Below, in pieces: positions 43,150 to 60,689 of a DNA stretch of 64,000 nucleotides (its first letter is position 1; every line of letters begins with the position of its first letter). A model generated the notes under the pieces. It ran no database searches. It was not told the DNA's origin and worked only from the letters and a program-made list of their open reading frames with translations. Source of the stretch: Eledone cirrhosa (Eukaryota); the NCBI GenBank assembly GCA_964016885.1, contig OZ024743.1:31434001-31498000 (forward strand). Direction: 5' to 3'. The translations under genes were made by a program, and so were the position numbers.

Positions 43150-43518
43150 ATACAAGTAAATATAAATTAATATATATGATGAAACACAAATACCAACATA
43201 TCTGTGTTTATATTGTAAAATAAATTAAGTTAGCTAGAATGAAATATACTAATTATAATATTACAGTTTGCCTATCTCGATTTAAAATAATAAATCAATA
43301 AAAACAAACAGTATTGCCATGGTGTTTAGACAAATTTAAATTTCAAAATCAAACCTGTTCCGTAGATAAGTTTAAACTTTAAAATTCATAATGTGTTTCG
43401 AGATGAATATTATAATTAGTATATTTCATTCTAGCTAACTTAATTTCTTTTACAATATAAACACAGATATGTTGGTATTTGTGTTTCATCATATATATTA
43501 ATTTATATTTACTTGTAT
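43150..43518. mobile_element. TA-flanked element with 113-bp inverted repeats
   Basis: 43150-43262 and 43406-43518 are near-perfect reverse complements. Confidence 0.75.
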
Positions 43519-43746
43519 ATATATATATATATATATATATACTTGTATATATATATTTATATATATATATAAATACAATATCGGAGAAAGCTTTTTAGCG
43601 ATACTCCGGCCAAATTCCAACTCACTCAAAAAACATTAGGAAATAAGTGATTATATTCCCAATTATGCGTTCGGGGTGCTAACTAAAAGTATTGCGTGGA
43701 AAATTGGCTGTATTATTTCATATGAGGCATATCGCATATATCTCTT

Positions 43747-43874
43747 CCCAGACGGACGTCTCGTTTCATTATAGGATTCCTACAATTTGGGTGGAATTAT
43801 ACCAATTTATGTAGGAGCTTGTATACCATCAATAGATATATATTCAAGTGGGCTCTCTATAATTCATCAGTGGG
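43747..43874 (-). ncRNA. Hammerhead-like motif with extended stem II
   Basis: CCCA-CTGATGA-ATTATAG...CTATAAT-GAAA-CGAGACG-TC-CGTC-TGGG. Confidence 0.55.
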
Positions 43875-44076
43875 TGCCCCAATAATACTAATATTGATAA
43901 TCTAACCAACATCAGTATTTAGCGATAACCATCATCTGTGCCTGTGGTATCTGTCAGGTTGCCAGTCCAGCAGTTCTAAAGAAATGATCAAACTGATTCG
44001 AAAATGAGGAAGTAAATTACAGCCAAAAAAACAATACATGCACATGACAATGAACTCTAAAAGGAATTCAGGCCAC

Positions 44077-44107
<31 letters not shown>

Positions 44108-44152
44108 AATATATATATATAAATATATATATATAAATATATATATATAAAT

Positions 44153-44209
<57 letters not shown>

Positions 44210-44231
44210 AATATATATAAATATATATATA

Positions 44232-44316
<85 letters not shown>

Positions 44317-44365
44317 CAGGAAAGAAGGTTGACATGGTTTGCTATACAAAAAAGGTTTTTAATCT

Positions 44366-44479
44366 CATAGCTGACAATTGTTTCTCTGAACTGGTAGGGT
44401 CTAGAGATGGCTATTCGCTTATATTCACGTTACTCGATCGCCAATACAAAATTATAACTAGTCAGATCTTCGGAGCATG
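44366..44479 (-). ncRNA. Hammerhead ribozyme (U4C variant) with long stem II
   Basis: CATGCT-CCGAAGA-TCTGACTAGT...ACCAGTTCAGA-GAAA-CAATTG-TC-AGCTATG; palindromic stem III. Confidence 0.6.
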
Positions 44480-44854
44480 CGAGAATGAAGAAAATACACA
44501 GGCAATAAAAGAATATACAGGCTACTATATGAAGTAGTAATGGCATTCAATTAGAACAATAACAACAATTACAACAATGCTATTAATAAATTATTTGAGG
44601 AGACCCTGACATTACTTTGGTGTGGGGTATAATGTATCTAACATTACGGCGTGTAAAACTAGCTGTCATGAGGCAAAAGTAAGGGTTTGGCATGTACAGA
44701 GTATCGAAGTGTGTATCAATTTTAAATTATAAAGATAAGCCAGTGTTTACAGTCTTTCTTTTCATCTTCAATAGCATACATGAGTGGGACGACACTGTCA
44801 TAGCTAAATAGTTGTTGTGTTAATACAGAGGTTAACGAAGTAATATACGCATAT

Positions 44855-44900
<46 letters not shown>

Positions 44901-45227
44901 GTATATATACACATGCATGTGTACCTAGACACATACATACACATCATTATACACTCGTACAAAAATATACATACATGCAAAGAGATAAGCGTGCTAATTG
45001 TAATTCTGGCAAAAGGAAGGTAAAGTTACATTGTAGTAGTGATTTGAGAAAAACTAGGATTTAGGATCAAATGATGGCAGCCGCTGAGGAGGAATAATTT
45101 TGTTGGTTGATGAGGTACTTACAGACATTTGTGTGGTATAGACTTGTGAAGAATACAGTATACTTAATGAATATATTTCTGTGGGTAGTAGGTATCCTAA
45201 TTTAAAGATATGTTGTGTTGGTTCTAT

Positions 45228-47490
45228 TCACGGAGGTTTGAATTTAGTGGCAATTCTATGTCTGCAGAAGATAGATCTTTCTAACTTATTGTTAAGTAGC
45301 CTTTTTACATTTTGAGAATATATAATAGCTCAAGATCACATAGCCCGCAGTGGGACATCCCTGTACTATAGGTTTTAGCAGCCGACAACTTCGACCAGTT
45401 GATACTGTAGTTCGTGCTGCTGTCCTTCAGTTCCCATATTTTTTTGGCGAGGGTTGTGGAACCCATAAGTGCACGGTTTTTCATTGAGTTTCTGTGCACA
45501 TACCATCTTTTTTTAAAAGAACCCCCGGTGGATCCTATGTAATTCCAGGTGAAGTTACCCGAGATGACCGTGCACATGTACACTAGGCTCGAATCGAGAC
45601 ATCTGTTCGCCAATGGCACCTATCTGGTAGGTGACAGTTACAGTTTGAGGCGCTATTTTGTGCAGCTTTTACATTCCTGTTTAGTACTCTGTTATAAGTG
45701 GGTTGTGATATATGCCCAATGGGGTTTTGCTGCTCCGCGTTTGTATGCGCTTGTGGTTGTGATGTTGTGATGTGTTTGAGCTTATAATTTGGTGCTACGT
45801 TATGTATAGGTGCAGTTGATTTACTAGAGATATTTCTGTGGTTGATCTTGCGTATGTGTGATTCTATTTTGCTGCTGTTGAGAATGAGAGTTTTATAGTT
45901 GATCTATTGAGTATTTTGTGATATCTATGCGAGATAGGGAAGTGTTTATCTATTAGTTTAAAGAATGTAGAGGGCAGTCTAGTTTTTATAGAGGAGTTGA
46001 ATATTGGGTTGAACCATAGGTATTTTCTTTGTCTGTTTCTTCTATTGTTTTTTGGGTTTACGTTATTAGTGTTTTGGCCGTTTACTCCAAGTGTTACGTG
46101 TCTAACCCTATGTCTAGTCAAGTTATTTCTATTATTATGTGAGCGGTTGAAGTAGTAATTACTAGGATTGTTTACGTTGTCCTTATTCACTATATACTGC
46201 AGTTTATCTTTATGACCGGCCCTACGTAATGCTGCATTATAATAGTCAGCATGCTCGTTAAAGATTTCTAGGTTTGAGGATAAGCGGGATATTCGGAGGG
46301 ATATACTACGTGCTATGGATCTAATTATGGATTTGGGGTGATTTGAGTTTGGCAAGATTTTCATTATTTTTGTGGAACGGTTCTATTAATCCAGTATTTA
46401 GATTTAGGGTCACATCTAGAAAATTTACCTTCTTATGGTTTAGTTCGTAGGTAATACTTAGGCCTAGTTTTTTGAAGAATATTCTAATATTTTTTCTTAG
46501 TCTTTCCATGCTCTGGTTGTTTAGGTTCCTAGCTATAAGTAACGTGTCGTCCCTATAAATTCCTCCTTGGAGGTTACTGAATTCCTTATGTAGGTTGTGT
46601 GCTATGAATAGCCCCCACGATATCTGTGATTTGCGCAGAATCATTTAATCCCATTGTTATATCGAAGCTATTTATTCTATCCTTTCTTACCCAGTAGCTA
46701 TTTTCAAATGTTATGATAGTCCCTTCTAGCCGCTATTATTTCAATTTCATCATGAGTAAGATCAGAGTTATTTTGGGCAAATATAAGCGCCTTATCTAGG
46801 GTAGCTGGGGATATGGATGCATAGTAGTCGTCTATATCAAATTGTATGAAGTTACACGTCTCCCTATTTTGTATTTTATTGAACCATTTAATTGCCTCGT
46901 TAGTGTTGCCCATAAATTGATATCTAGTTTACCCTTTATTTGTGCGATTACCCTATCTAGAATGTTCTTGCTAATTTTACCTATGTCTGACTTGGATGGG
47001 CATATTAATCTAATGGTGGGATTAGTTTCAAAGTTATTTTTGTGATCCTTCAGGTTAAATGTTGGGTTGCACGGGGTTAGCGGTTCGGTCCTATCTGGAA
47101 TTCCGAGTTTATTAACTATAGGCCCTCCATGTTGATGCTAGTGAGTGTAGATTCATTTGTTTTTTTATATTTTTATGTAGTTCACGCTGGATAAAGCTAT
47201 TGTATGTGTTAATGACCATAGAGTATACGTTTGATGTTTTGTCTGCTTTTACTATGATACCGTTAGTGTCTTTTAGTTTATTTAGTAATGTATTTAAGTC
47301 ATTTTGCAATTTGTTGTGATTTGTTCCTTTTTTAAATTTAGTTTCACTTATCATGTTCATAAGGTCCAGCTCGAAGGCATCGAGTGCAGGGTGTTTGGCG
47401 GGTTTTTGCAGGATTTAAACCCGTAATTCTCCTTAGAAAATTCCTTTTCCGTTGGTATTCGGTCCCTTATCGAAATGGTAAGCTTGCCAT
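45228..47490 (-). pseudogene. PLE RT-GIY-YIG pseudogene
   Basis: [82 protein letters not shown]; several frameshifts. Confidence 0.9.
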
Positions 47491-47491
47491 C

Positions 47492-51048
<3,557 letters not shown>

Positions 51049-51533
51049 AGGAAAAGGAAAAGAAAATGCTGACAAATTGTTCCCAGTTAAAAATAGTTTA
51101 ATTAGGAATAAGTAAAAATTAGTAATAGTATTGGTTAGTATTCAGTATTGGCTTTAAGTTTTACCGGTTGCGCATTTCTAATGCTTTTCAAAAATAATTT
51201 TTAGATAGAGCGCCCGTGATGTTTGCTCTATATATATATACTTACCTTTATATATGTTTCACATAAATATATAATTATAAATTCCCAATGATTGATTCGA
51301 ATAAATCATTGGGCATTTACAACGTGAAATAACCTCTTTCTAAACACTGAAACTCATGCAGTGACCAAATAATTTTTTTTTTTACAACATAGTCCCTGGA
51401 AAGAAACAATCCATTTATTAATAAGCGGATTTGAAATTGATGCATGCAAGATTACACAGCTCCAGCATCAAAGTAATTCTTAATATGCAGCCGGCCCTCG
51501 TATATATATGTATATATATATACATATACATAT

Positions 51534-52119
51534 ATAAACGGAAAAAATTAAACGAAATTTCATTTCTCACTCTTAGTACGGCTGTTACTTAAATATAAGT
51601 ATGTATACGTACATACATATATATATACGGACGTACAATAGTATGTATATATATATACATACATGCACACATATATATATGTACGTATGGATTCACCGAA
51701 CATTTATTATAATGCTCGGTGTGTTTGTAAACAAACATCCCCAATTAAACCGTACAGTGTCTAGCAACCATCGTTGCTCGTTTGTTCAACACTGACAAAG
51801 GAACGCTGTACTAGTTTCAAGCTTATTAGCTATCGTCAACAACGTATACCTTCCTGCCAGATGATTGAACGTCTGAAAGTTTATACTTTCCTTATGCATA
51901 TTAACGGCTAACTTGCATATCGAGTGAGTTCATTGGCCGGACGCACCGAGAATGATAAACGGAAAAAATGAAACGAGATGTTTGTTTACAAACACACCTA
52001 GCATTATAATAAATGTTCAGTGAATCCATACGTACATATATATATGTGTGCATGTATGTATATATACATACTACTGTACGTCTGTATACATATATGTATG
52101 TACGTATACATACTTATAT
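51534..52119. mobile_element. TA-flanked element with ~145-bp inverted and 22-bp direct repeats
   Basis: Inverted repeat 51593-51739/51977-52119; direct repeat 51534-51555/51955-51976. Confidence 0.7.
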
Positions 52120-52120
52120 A

Positions 52121-52181
<61 letters not shown>

Positions 52182-52477
52182 TTGGGGATGTTCATATTGT
52201 TGAAATAATATTGCCAGGAATAATAACAGAACACACTCACTCTTTGGTTGGTTTTCACTTCTCTATCTTTTATATCTCCACAGTTAATTCATTCGGTCCT
52301 CAATGTTTACCATTGAATGACCAACGGTAAAAAAGACAGATATAATATAGATATAAACACATATATATAGTCTAGCAAAGTTCTTTCGTTGCACATCTGC
52401 AACATCGTCAGTGGTGATATTATGTTCCTCCTGTTGTATACACTGTTTTCTGATATGTATATATATTTATATATATA

Positions 52478-52624
52478 TACAGAAATATCCACGGTAAGTT
52501 GTGGGGTCTAATAGATCGATAACAAAATATGCGTACGATGTATTATTATCACCTAGAAATGATCGTAAATCAGTCAAGTATATTCCTAATGATTTGAATT
52601 ATTATTTCATTGTTTTAACTTATA
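52478..52624. mobile_element. Relative of the 8797-9023 element
   Basis: Shared GTAAGTTGTGGGGTCTA start and TATTTCATTGTTTTAACTTATA end. Confidence 0.6.
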
Positions 52625-52632
52625 TATATATA

Positions 52633-52826
52633 TATAACGAAGGAATTGTGGTAAGGAACCAGATGGACCATAACGCAGCAGAGTACTCAATACTTAGGGT
52701 AGTACAGTGGGTAATAGGAAAAAGTATGACCCCGACGGCAGAGCTCAAACCGTTTCGACGGCTATTTCTGGACAGAAATAGCCGTCGAAACGGCTTGACC
52801 TCTGCCGTCGGGGTCATATGTTTTCC

Positions 52827-52829
<3 letters not shown>
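52633..52829. mobile_element. Fold-back element family A, copy 4
   Basis: Shared arm plus hairpin 52714-52829. Confidence 0.75.
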
Positions 52830-52876
<47 letters not shown>

Positions 52877-53634
52877 TGTATGTATGTATGTATGTATGTA
52901 TTTGTGTATTTCATCTGTGTGTCTGACACGTATATTTATAAACATTTGTTTGTTAAATTAGAAGTATCCTCTATGTAAAATACTTCTCAGGAAATTATTA
53001 AGGAACATGTGGTGCATACATAATTGTTATACAATTGGAATTACGTCTAAATATTCAGGAGTTAATCAATTGATTCATAGAATTATACATATCTTTATTT
53101 AATTACAGTAAACCTTTATTATTATCCCATTATTCTGATTCTTGTTTAAAATATGTTCTCTGAAATACAAAGGTTTGTTTACCGTTTGAAATAATCACTT
53201 GCCAGAATTCTTTAAATACCTTATACTTTGTCTCTTATTGGCTACGGTGGTTGAAATATTCATGGATATAGCATAACTGTTTCAGTATGTGCATTTAACC
53301 CTTATTTCGCAGATAACGAACCAAGAATCATTCATTTAATTAATTAAGGAACATGTTTTGTGTATTAATTTCAAAATTGTTAAATTAGAATATCCTTGAA
53401 AATATTTATTCTAGAATGAAGTAAACCACGTTATCAATAAACTAAGTTAAATTTCTTATATGTATTACAATTTAAATTCATGTTATATCGATTTGATATA
53501 TTGGTATAAATGGAGATATTTGTTAATGGTTTTGTTGTATAGTCCCACTTCAGCACTGATAGAATGGAACGAACATAAAGATGTTATCAACATACATTTT
53601 TTAAATAAAGAATTTAACTTGGATTACATAAGGA

Positions 53635-53945
53635 TTTCTAATTTAGGTACAAAACCATGTTGAGAGGAATGTCGAATGAATTGGTCCAGTAGTTTGCTGA
53701 TAGAATATTCTATCGCATGGGGAAAGATGAAAAGGAAAGTAGACCTCGGCGAGATTTCAACTTAACGTCTATGGCGGTAACTAAATACTTCAAAACATTT
53801 TATCCGACACTCTCACGACGCAGCCAATCATAGATTACATACTGGCTTCTGATTTAGGCACAAGGCCACAAATGTTTGAAAGAGGGGAAGGTCGCCTAAT
53901 TGCCTAATTGGTAATTTATTTTATTGACCTCGTACTGTGGAAAAA
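53635..53945 (-). mobile_element. Two old, diverged SINE relics
   Basis: GATGAAAAGGAAAGTAGACCTCGGCGAGATTT and TTTAGGCACAAGGCC match the reverse SINE core and tail. Confidence 0.55.
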
Positions 53946-55679
53946 ACAATCAAACACACTATTGAATGAAATTAATTTGAAAAGTTTAAAGCTATTGATC
54001 GATTGCATCACTATTTCTATAACATGGTGTTTGGTTGGAGAGATAGCAAAACTATTAGACCAGATAGTAAATAATCAAAATGGTATTGTATGGAAGTAGG
54101 AATATGAGTTAAATTAAAGCAAATACATTAGGACATATATTTCCAAATCACTTACTCACGCTGCTTGTTATCTTTCCAGCGGAAAATATAGAATGAGAGT
54201 TAACCATTATAAAAAGCGATATTTTATGCACTTTTAATTTCAATTTCAGGTAAATTCAATTTCCTTGCGCTGAATAATGAATTTTAATAGATGCAGTCCA
54301 TTTGATCATCGTTGAGGAAATCAATAGATTTGTTTAACTCGTCTGTTAATTTCGGGAATGACCTGAATATTTTCTAAATAGGCATGGAAATATTAACGGT
54401 AAAGAGACAGGGGTGGTGGTGGTGATGATAAGGAAATAGCGGAGATGATGGTGATGATCGGGATGATTGAGACATGATGATGACAAGAAAGATGATAATA
54501 GTGCTGATCGTATAACATTGGAAACAGATTCCTGTACGATATTTGTTGTTGTAATTACAATTGTATAAATTGCATTTACCAAATTGGCTCAGCAATATCA
54601 TGGTACAGTTCCAACACACATGACAATAAAAGTGTTTTTTTTCCATCGTATAATTTGAACACGGTCAAAAGATAGCTTAGCATTTATAGACTAACATCTA
54701 ATATACTATTTACATCTTATTCGCTCAATATGTATCACATTAGTATGGATAATGAATATATATATATTATAGCTGTGGTTATTGTAATCTGTTATCTTCA
54801 AGCTATTCGTGTGAGCGTCATGGATACATACATTCCAGAAATTCTCATTTTGTTATCAGTAGAAGATTACTTACGGCAAGGTAAAATGTTATAAGCATGT
54901 AAATTGCTAAATAGGTTTTGTAAATAATCTATCCCTAAAAGCACTTCCAAACGACTGAAAGGCACAATAGTACAGGTTGATTATTTCTAGATGCTATAAA
55001 GTACAACAGGATGCTCAACACATTAATTATTGCATTTTGGGGATTGAATCGAAGAAAAAAATTTGAAAAGCTAGAACACAACAGTGTTCAGTGTTTGATC
55101 TTTTTAACAGTGTTTCACTATTAAAAAGAAATGGGAAACTATAGACAGGTAGCTATGTCTTTCCAAGTATATTGGGAAAATACAAACGCATATGCACCAA
55201 GAACTAATCATTCTACTTCTGAATCAAACTGAACGCAGATACACACACATACAAACATAGCTTCGCAATTCTGGTTTATTATAATTTTGATATTATTTGT
55301 ACATTTGTCTCATAGTCATTTCCATTCCATTGGTGGAAGCCTATAAGCCCATAAGTAGTCAATTTATATATATGTATACAAACATATATAAAAACATACA
55401 TACATATGTATATATATAGAGATACATATATATATATATAGTCACAAACACATACACACATAACTATATATACATACATTCATATATATATACACATATA
55501 CACACACATATATATATACACACGCCCACACATACATACGTAAACCCTAAAGAGACGGGCTTTGCCAAGGATAATATAAACAATCTGATTAATTTTCCAT
55601 CTCCCCTTTAAAAAAGTTCTAAGTATTACCGTCGGGCGCCATATTCTGCTAGCTTTCTCTCTCTCTCTCTCTTTCTCTA

Positions 55680-55792
<113 letters not shown>

Positions 55793-56199
55793 TTGAGCTG
55801 TGCTAGGACGAGAAATAAAATTTTCATTTTGTTTTTAGTTTTCGGCAAGGCCAGACGTAACTCGCTCGGTATGCAAATAAGGCTACTCAGCCGACGTGTA
55901 CTTAAGAAAATACTATATAGTTTCAACCGTCCAACAGATTGGCAGAGGTATACAGTACTGATGAAGGCTAATGACACAGAAATATATTGATATGTTCCTC
56001 AATCCCAGTGTTGAAGAAACGGAAGACGATTTTTCAGCATAGATTTAATCAAGGCGTTCTTTACAATCGAATCAAATATTATCTTTAATGTTCGATATAA
56101 CCCATGCGTATATATGTATATACATATGTACACACATATATACATATATGTGTGTATGTACATATATATGTATTTACCTATATATATGTTTCAGATAAG

Positions 56200-56239
<40 letters not shown>

Positions 56240-56323
56240 AGGAGGTGAGTTTTATTGTAGCACAATAAAGCAATGCAGATATCGGATAAGAAACACTCTA
56301 CAGTTTGTAGGACTGGAGTATAC

Positions 56324-56514
56324 ATAATATATAAGATCAAAAGATGGTTAAATGATTTAAAACTGCACTATCCACAAGTGTTTTTAACCTTCATATCATG
56401 TCCTCCTATTTTATCTGATGAAAACCCAAATGTTATTGCATGATGATATTTGTTTTTGAAATGCGCATAATAAAATACATGGAACTCATTTAACCATCTT
56501 TTGATCTTATATAT

Positions 56515-56517
<3 letters not shown>
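56324..56517 (+). mobile_element. Mini fold-back PLE fragment with HHR
   Basis: ~29-bp inverted termini (56324-56352/56487-56517); homologous to ~480-630. Confidence 0.7.
56407..56477 (+). ncRNA. Type I hammerhead ribozyme
   Basis: TATTTTAT-CTGATGA(56415)-stem II-GAAA(56458)-TGCGCA-TA-ATAAAATA; perfect stem I and palindromic stem III. Confidence 0.82.
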
Positions 56518-56552
<35 letters not shown>

Positions 56553-56628
56553 CGTATATGTGTGAGTATGTGTGTACGTGTGCATACTTACATTTATGTA
56601 TCAGCTGTGCTAGGGTGAGAAATAAAAG

Positions 56629-56700
<72 letters not shown>

Positions 56701-56705
<5 letters not shown>

Positions 56706-57073
56706 GTTTCTACTTTAGGCACAAGGCCAGCAATTAACCAGTGCATTACTGATACTTTATTTTATCGACCCAGTAAGGATGAAAGGCAAAGTCAACCACG
56801 GCAGAATTTGATCTCAGATCGTAAAGGGACGTAACTATGCTGGAAAGCATGGCGTCCAACCCTCTACCGATACTGCCAATCCACCGCCCTCATATATATA
56901 ATTGTTTCTACTTTAGGCACAATGCCAGCAATTACCCAGTGCATTACTGGTACTTTATTTTATCGACCCCGTAAGCATGAATGGCAAAGTCAACCTTGGT
57001 GGGATTTGAACTCAGATCATAAAGGGACGTAACTATGCTGGAAAGCATGGCGTCCGACCCTCTACCGATACTG
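56701..57073 (-). mobile_element. Two tandem SINE copies (56701-56889, 56900-57073)
   Basis: Reverse complements of the SINE consensus. Confidence 0.88.
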
Positions 57074-58741
57074 AATGGTTACCGGTGTGAGTTTCTGTGT
57101 AAATGTGTGCATAAGTTTATCAGTTTTGTTTCCTAATCTAGAGGTTCGATAAAAATAGATCGCTAAGATAAGTACAGCACTGGAACTAAAATTAGTACGT
57201 TTAAAACATATCTGTGACATGACCAAGCATGTGAGGTAACTCATGATTGAAAGAAACATAATAATAGAGGAGAATAAATGCATGTGTGTGAGAAGGGGGC
57301 GGGGGTATATATATGTATGTGTATTCAATAATATTGACTAACTATCTGGCATAAAGTTCACAGCATTTCTTTTTTATTAATGCGATCCCGAACGGCTTTA
57401 ATCCCTCAGATATTCGATCAAAGATTAACAAGTGTAAATATCGCATTTCAGACGGTAACTCTATATATGTATTAATGTGTGCGTGTGTGTTCATATATAT
57501 GTGCGTGTGTGTGTATGTGTATGTGTGTGTGTGTGTGTATTTAACCTGATATCATAAATACGAAGTGAATTTAATGATTTTTGTTGGAAGAACTTTGCGT
57601 TAATATAATTAAACTTCTTGGTTCAAGCAAACTACTGACATAACCCCCACTTCCTAATGCATATTTATACTATTAATGTTCACGCAGTAATGTATTTTAT
57701 GCCCATTAATATTGATAGGTTGTTTGTTTATGACTACCATTAGAGAATTGTATGAAAAATAGATTGTGGCTTTTGCAACGTCTGGGTAAGAATGTTGGCG
57801 CATGCTAATAATGGTAAAACACAAGACACACTGCTAATATGAATTACTAAAGGAAGAAAGTGAACGGCAGACATTATATATAGGAAAGGTATCTGAAAAT
57901 CTTTTGGAATTCATAGGAAGTGAGAATGAAAAACAATTACATTCCGTAAATATTTCTGTGAAATTAAGCTTCGCACAGTTTGATTGATTCTTTGAGATAT
58001 GTCTAGAAACATGATTTCTATTGGCATTGCATCAATAAATCAGGCTTTTCTGTTTCTATACCGCTTAGTTCTATATTTATCAATGATGTAGATGGGAAGT
58101 TTCCATCATATACACAATCTATTCAAGTTTCATACAAATGTATACAGGATGAACCGTACAGTTATTCTTAATAGATATTTGTAATATAAAATGTATCGTG
58201 GTTTGATGTAAAGGAAATATCAACCAGCTGTCTGTCCACATTAACACGAATGGCTTTCATTTTGTTTGATTTCTAAATCATAAGAGATGTTTTTCAATAC
58301 GTTATATTTCCTTTTGTAATTCTTGAAGAACATGGTCTGCTGTCATGTTTTAAATTCGATCAAATCTATTCAACAGCAATATCTAGCAGTGACTTCAATA
58401 TGTCCAAATACTATTGGCACACTAGCACTGACCTATGATGACAACTAGAGCCATATTATAGCGTAGCTTCTTCCTTTGAGCTGAGTTTCAACTCAAAGAA
58501 CAAGGTATGCACGGATTGAGAGAGAAAATAAAATCACACACACACACTCTTCAAAAAATGTATCATTGTGCAATAATACCAACACGGTTTTCATTACCTC
58601 CTATATTTTGTGTTGTTTATCTTTCTCTCTTACTTTCTGTTCTATCACTTTCATTCAATTTTCAGTGTTATTGTTGTTTTTACCTATTTATATGCATATA
58701 TGTGCATACACACAAACACAGCCACACACATACAAACACAC

Positions 58742-58835
<94 letters not shown>

Positions 58836-60529
58836 GTGTACGTAAGTGTGTGTGCGGTTGGGTGTTTGTTGTTATTGTTTAATTCCAGCTCAAACGTGAT
58901 TGATTTTCACTGAATCTGGCCGTTGAAATCAGCCCAATACATTATGGATATGGACACGACAATAGCAACGCACATTTCAGTGGCTAACAGATTTGGAAAG
59001 GAAATTTCATTACTCCTCCACTGAGTGGAAATAACACCAAAAGCGACGATTACGGAATATAAGTTACCTTTGTTTGTATTAGAAGGAGAGTTGTTTCTCT
59101 TTTGATTTTGCGAGTGACGTAGGTGTTGCATTGGTTTTCTGATGCCCGCTTACGTTTGGTAGGGCTAGGTCATTATGTCCCAAATTATCAGGTCTGTTTG
59201 CTCAACCAGACTTACAGAGATAGACAAATAGTTGAAAAGCAGACGAAAATCTTAAAACACCAATAAACGAAATAAGACGTTGCCGCTACAGAATGGAAAT
59301 TGGAATGCTAAGGCTATGAAATCAGGACTATACAATATGGACATTAAGCATGGACATATGAGGAAAACATCAATTATAGACAATGAATTACTGACGAATT
59401 ACTAACAAAAAATGTACATATAAATATGAAACACCGTCATATACATATATGTACATGCATATATAAAACTGCCACTTCTTTAGAGAGGAGTACCATCTCT
59501 CCCAAACAGTCAAGACTCCGCCGAAGCATGTTGCTGTTCAGGGTAAAAATGCAGCTGCGTTAGGATGTGTATATTTGTGACGTTGTGCTTCTAACTAGTG
59601 CGAGTCTACTCACGTTGCAACTCCAGCATAGAATTTAAAATTTAAGCAAAATAGAATTATATATAAAATCAAATGAAGTAAAGAACAACACATTTTGAAA
59701 ACATATACAAGAAATAAATAAATGAATAAATAAACTAAGCTAACAAAAAGTAAAATTGAAATAGAAATAAAATAAATAAAATTAAAATAATATTAGTATT
59801 GAAACATAATTAATTGAAAATTTGAAACGTAAAATTCCGTTTGAGTATATGGATATATTAGTGATATCCAAACGAGTACCCCCAACACCCAGCAATCACA
59901 TATTCCTTCCTTTCCCATTTGCCGTCAACACTCAACCACTATCTGAAATTTTGCTCTGAGATCAGATTCACCATCTATTTCCTTCTCCCCATGCGTGTTT
60001 TACTGTGTGTGACCGACCGATATATGCGTGTATGAATGTTTTGTCTAACAAATATATATTGCCCCGATATGAAAAAAAAAATGGATAAATAATTTGATTC
60101 CCTCCATCTCTCACCACCATTCCATCTTCCCTCTACGATTTCGCTATGAAGTTATAGCTACTGACTGAAGTTCTAACCATGTCAACAATAGCCCCCTGAC
60201 CTACCATGGCGACCTTACTGGACTCTTCCACCCGAGAGTGCCTTTGTAATGTCGTTTTTTTATATTTTCATCTTATCTATCCTTTTTTCTTTCTCCCCTT
60301 TCTACTTCACGTTTTCACCTCCCAATTCTTTCTTTCAATTATTTCTTCATCTCCCACTCCACTCCATAGCTTTCCCTCCTCTCATTTCCTTCAAATTCGA
60401 GAAATGTTCCTGCTGAAAGAAAATATTATACACACACTCACACACACACAATCATACGCACGCAAACATACACAAACACATACACACACATACACACATA
60501 TCTATATATATCTATATATATATATATAA

Positions 60530-60687
60530 TAATTGTTTCTACTTTAGGCCAGCAATTATCCCAGTGTATTTTATCGACCCTGTAAGGATGAAAGGCAAAA
60601 TTAACCTTGGCAGCATTTGAACTCAGAATGGCAAGGGCCGTAACTCTATATGTCAAAGCATGGCGTCCGACCTTCTACTGATACTGC
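60530..60687 (-). mobile_element. SINE
   Basis: Reverse complement of the consensus with small deletions. Confidence 0.8.
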
Positions 60688-60689
60688 GA

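Larger units (their letters stand above)
44314..47491 (-). mobile_element. Decayed Penelope-like element (Naiad-type), nearly full length
   Basis: RT and GIY-YIG fragments, then a 3' UTR with an HHR at 44366-44479; both ends in (TA)n. Confidence 0.9.

Noticed and set aside
55950-55990. CTGATGA..GAAA motif here and at ~62744
   Set aside because: Stems I and II do not pair convincingly.
58907-59215. Possible host exon on the - strand (AAG|GTAACT donor near 59067)
   Set aside because: No recognisable protein and no partner exons; it would need RNA-seq.
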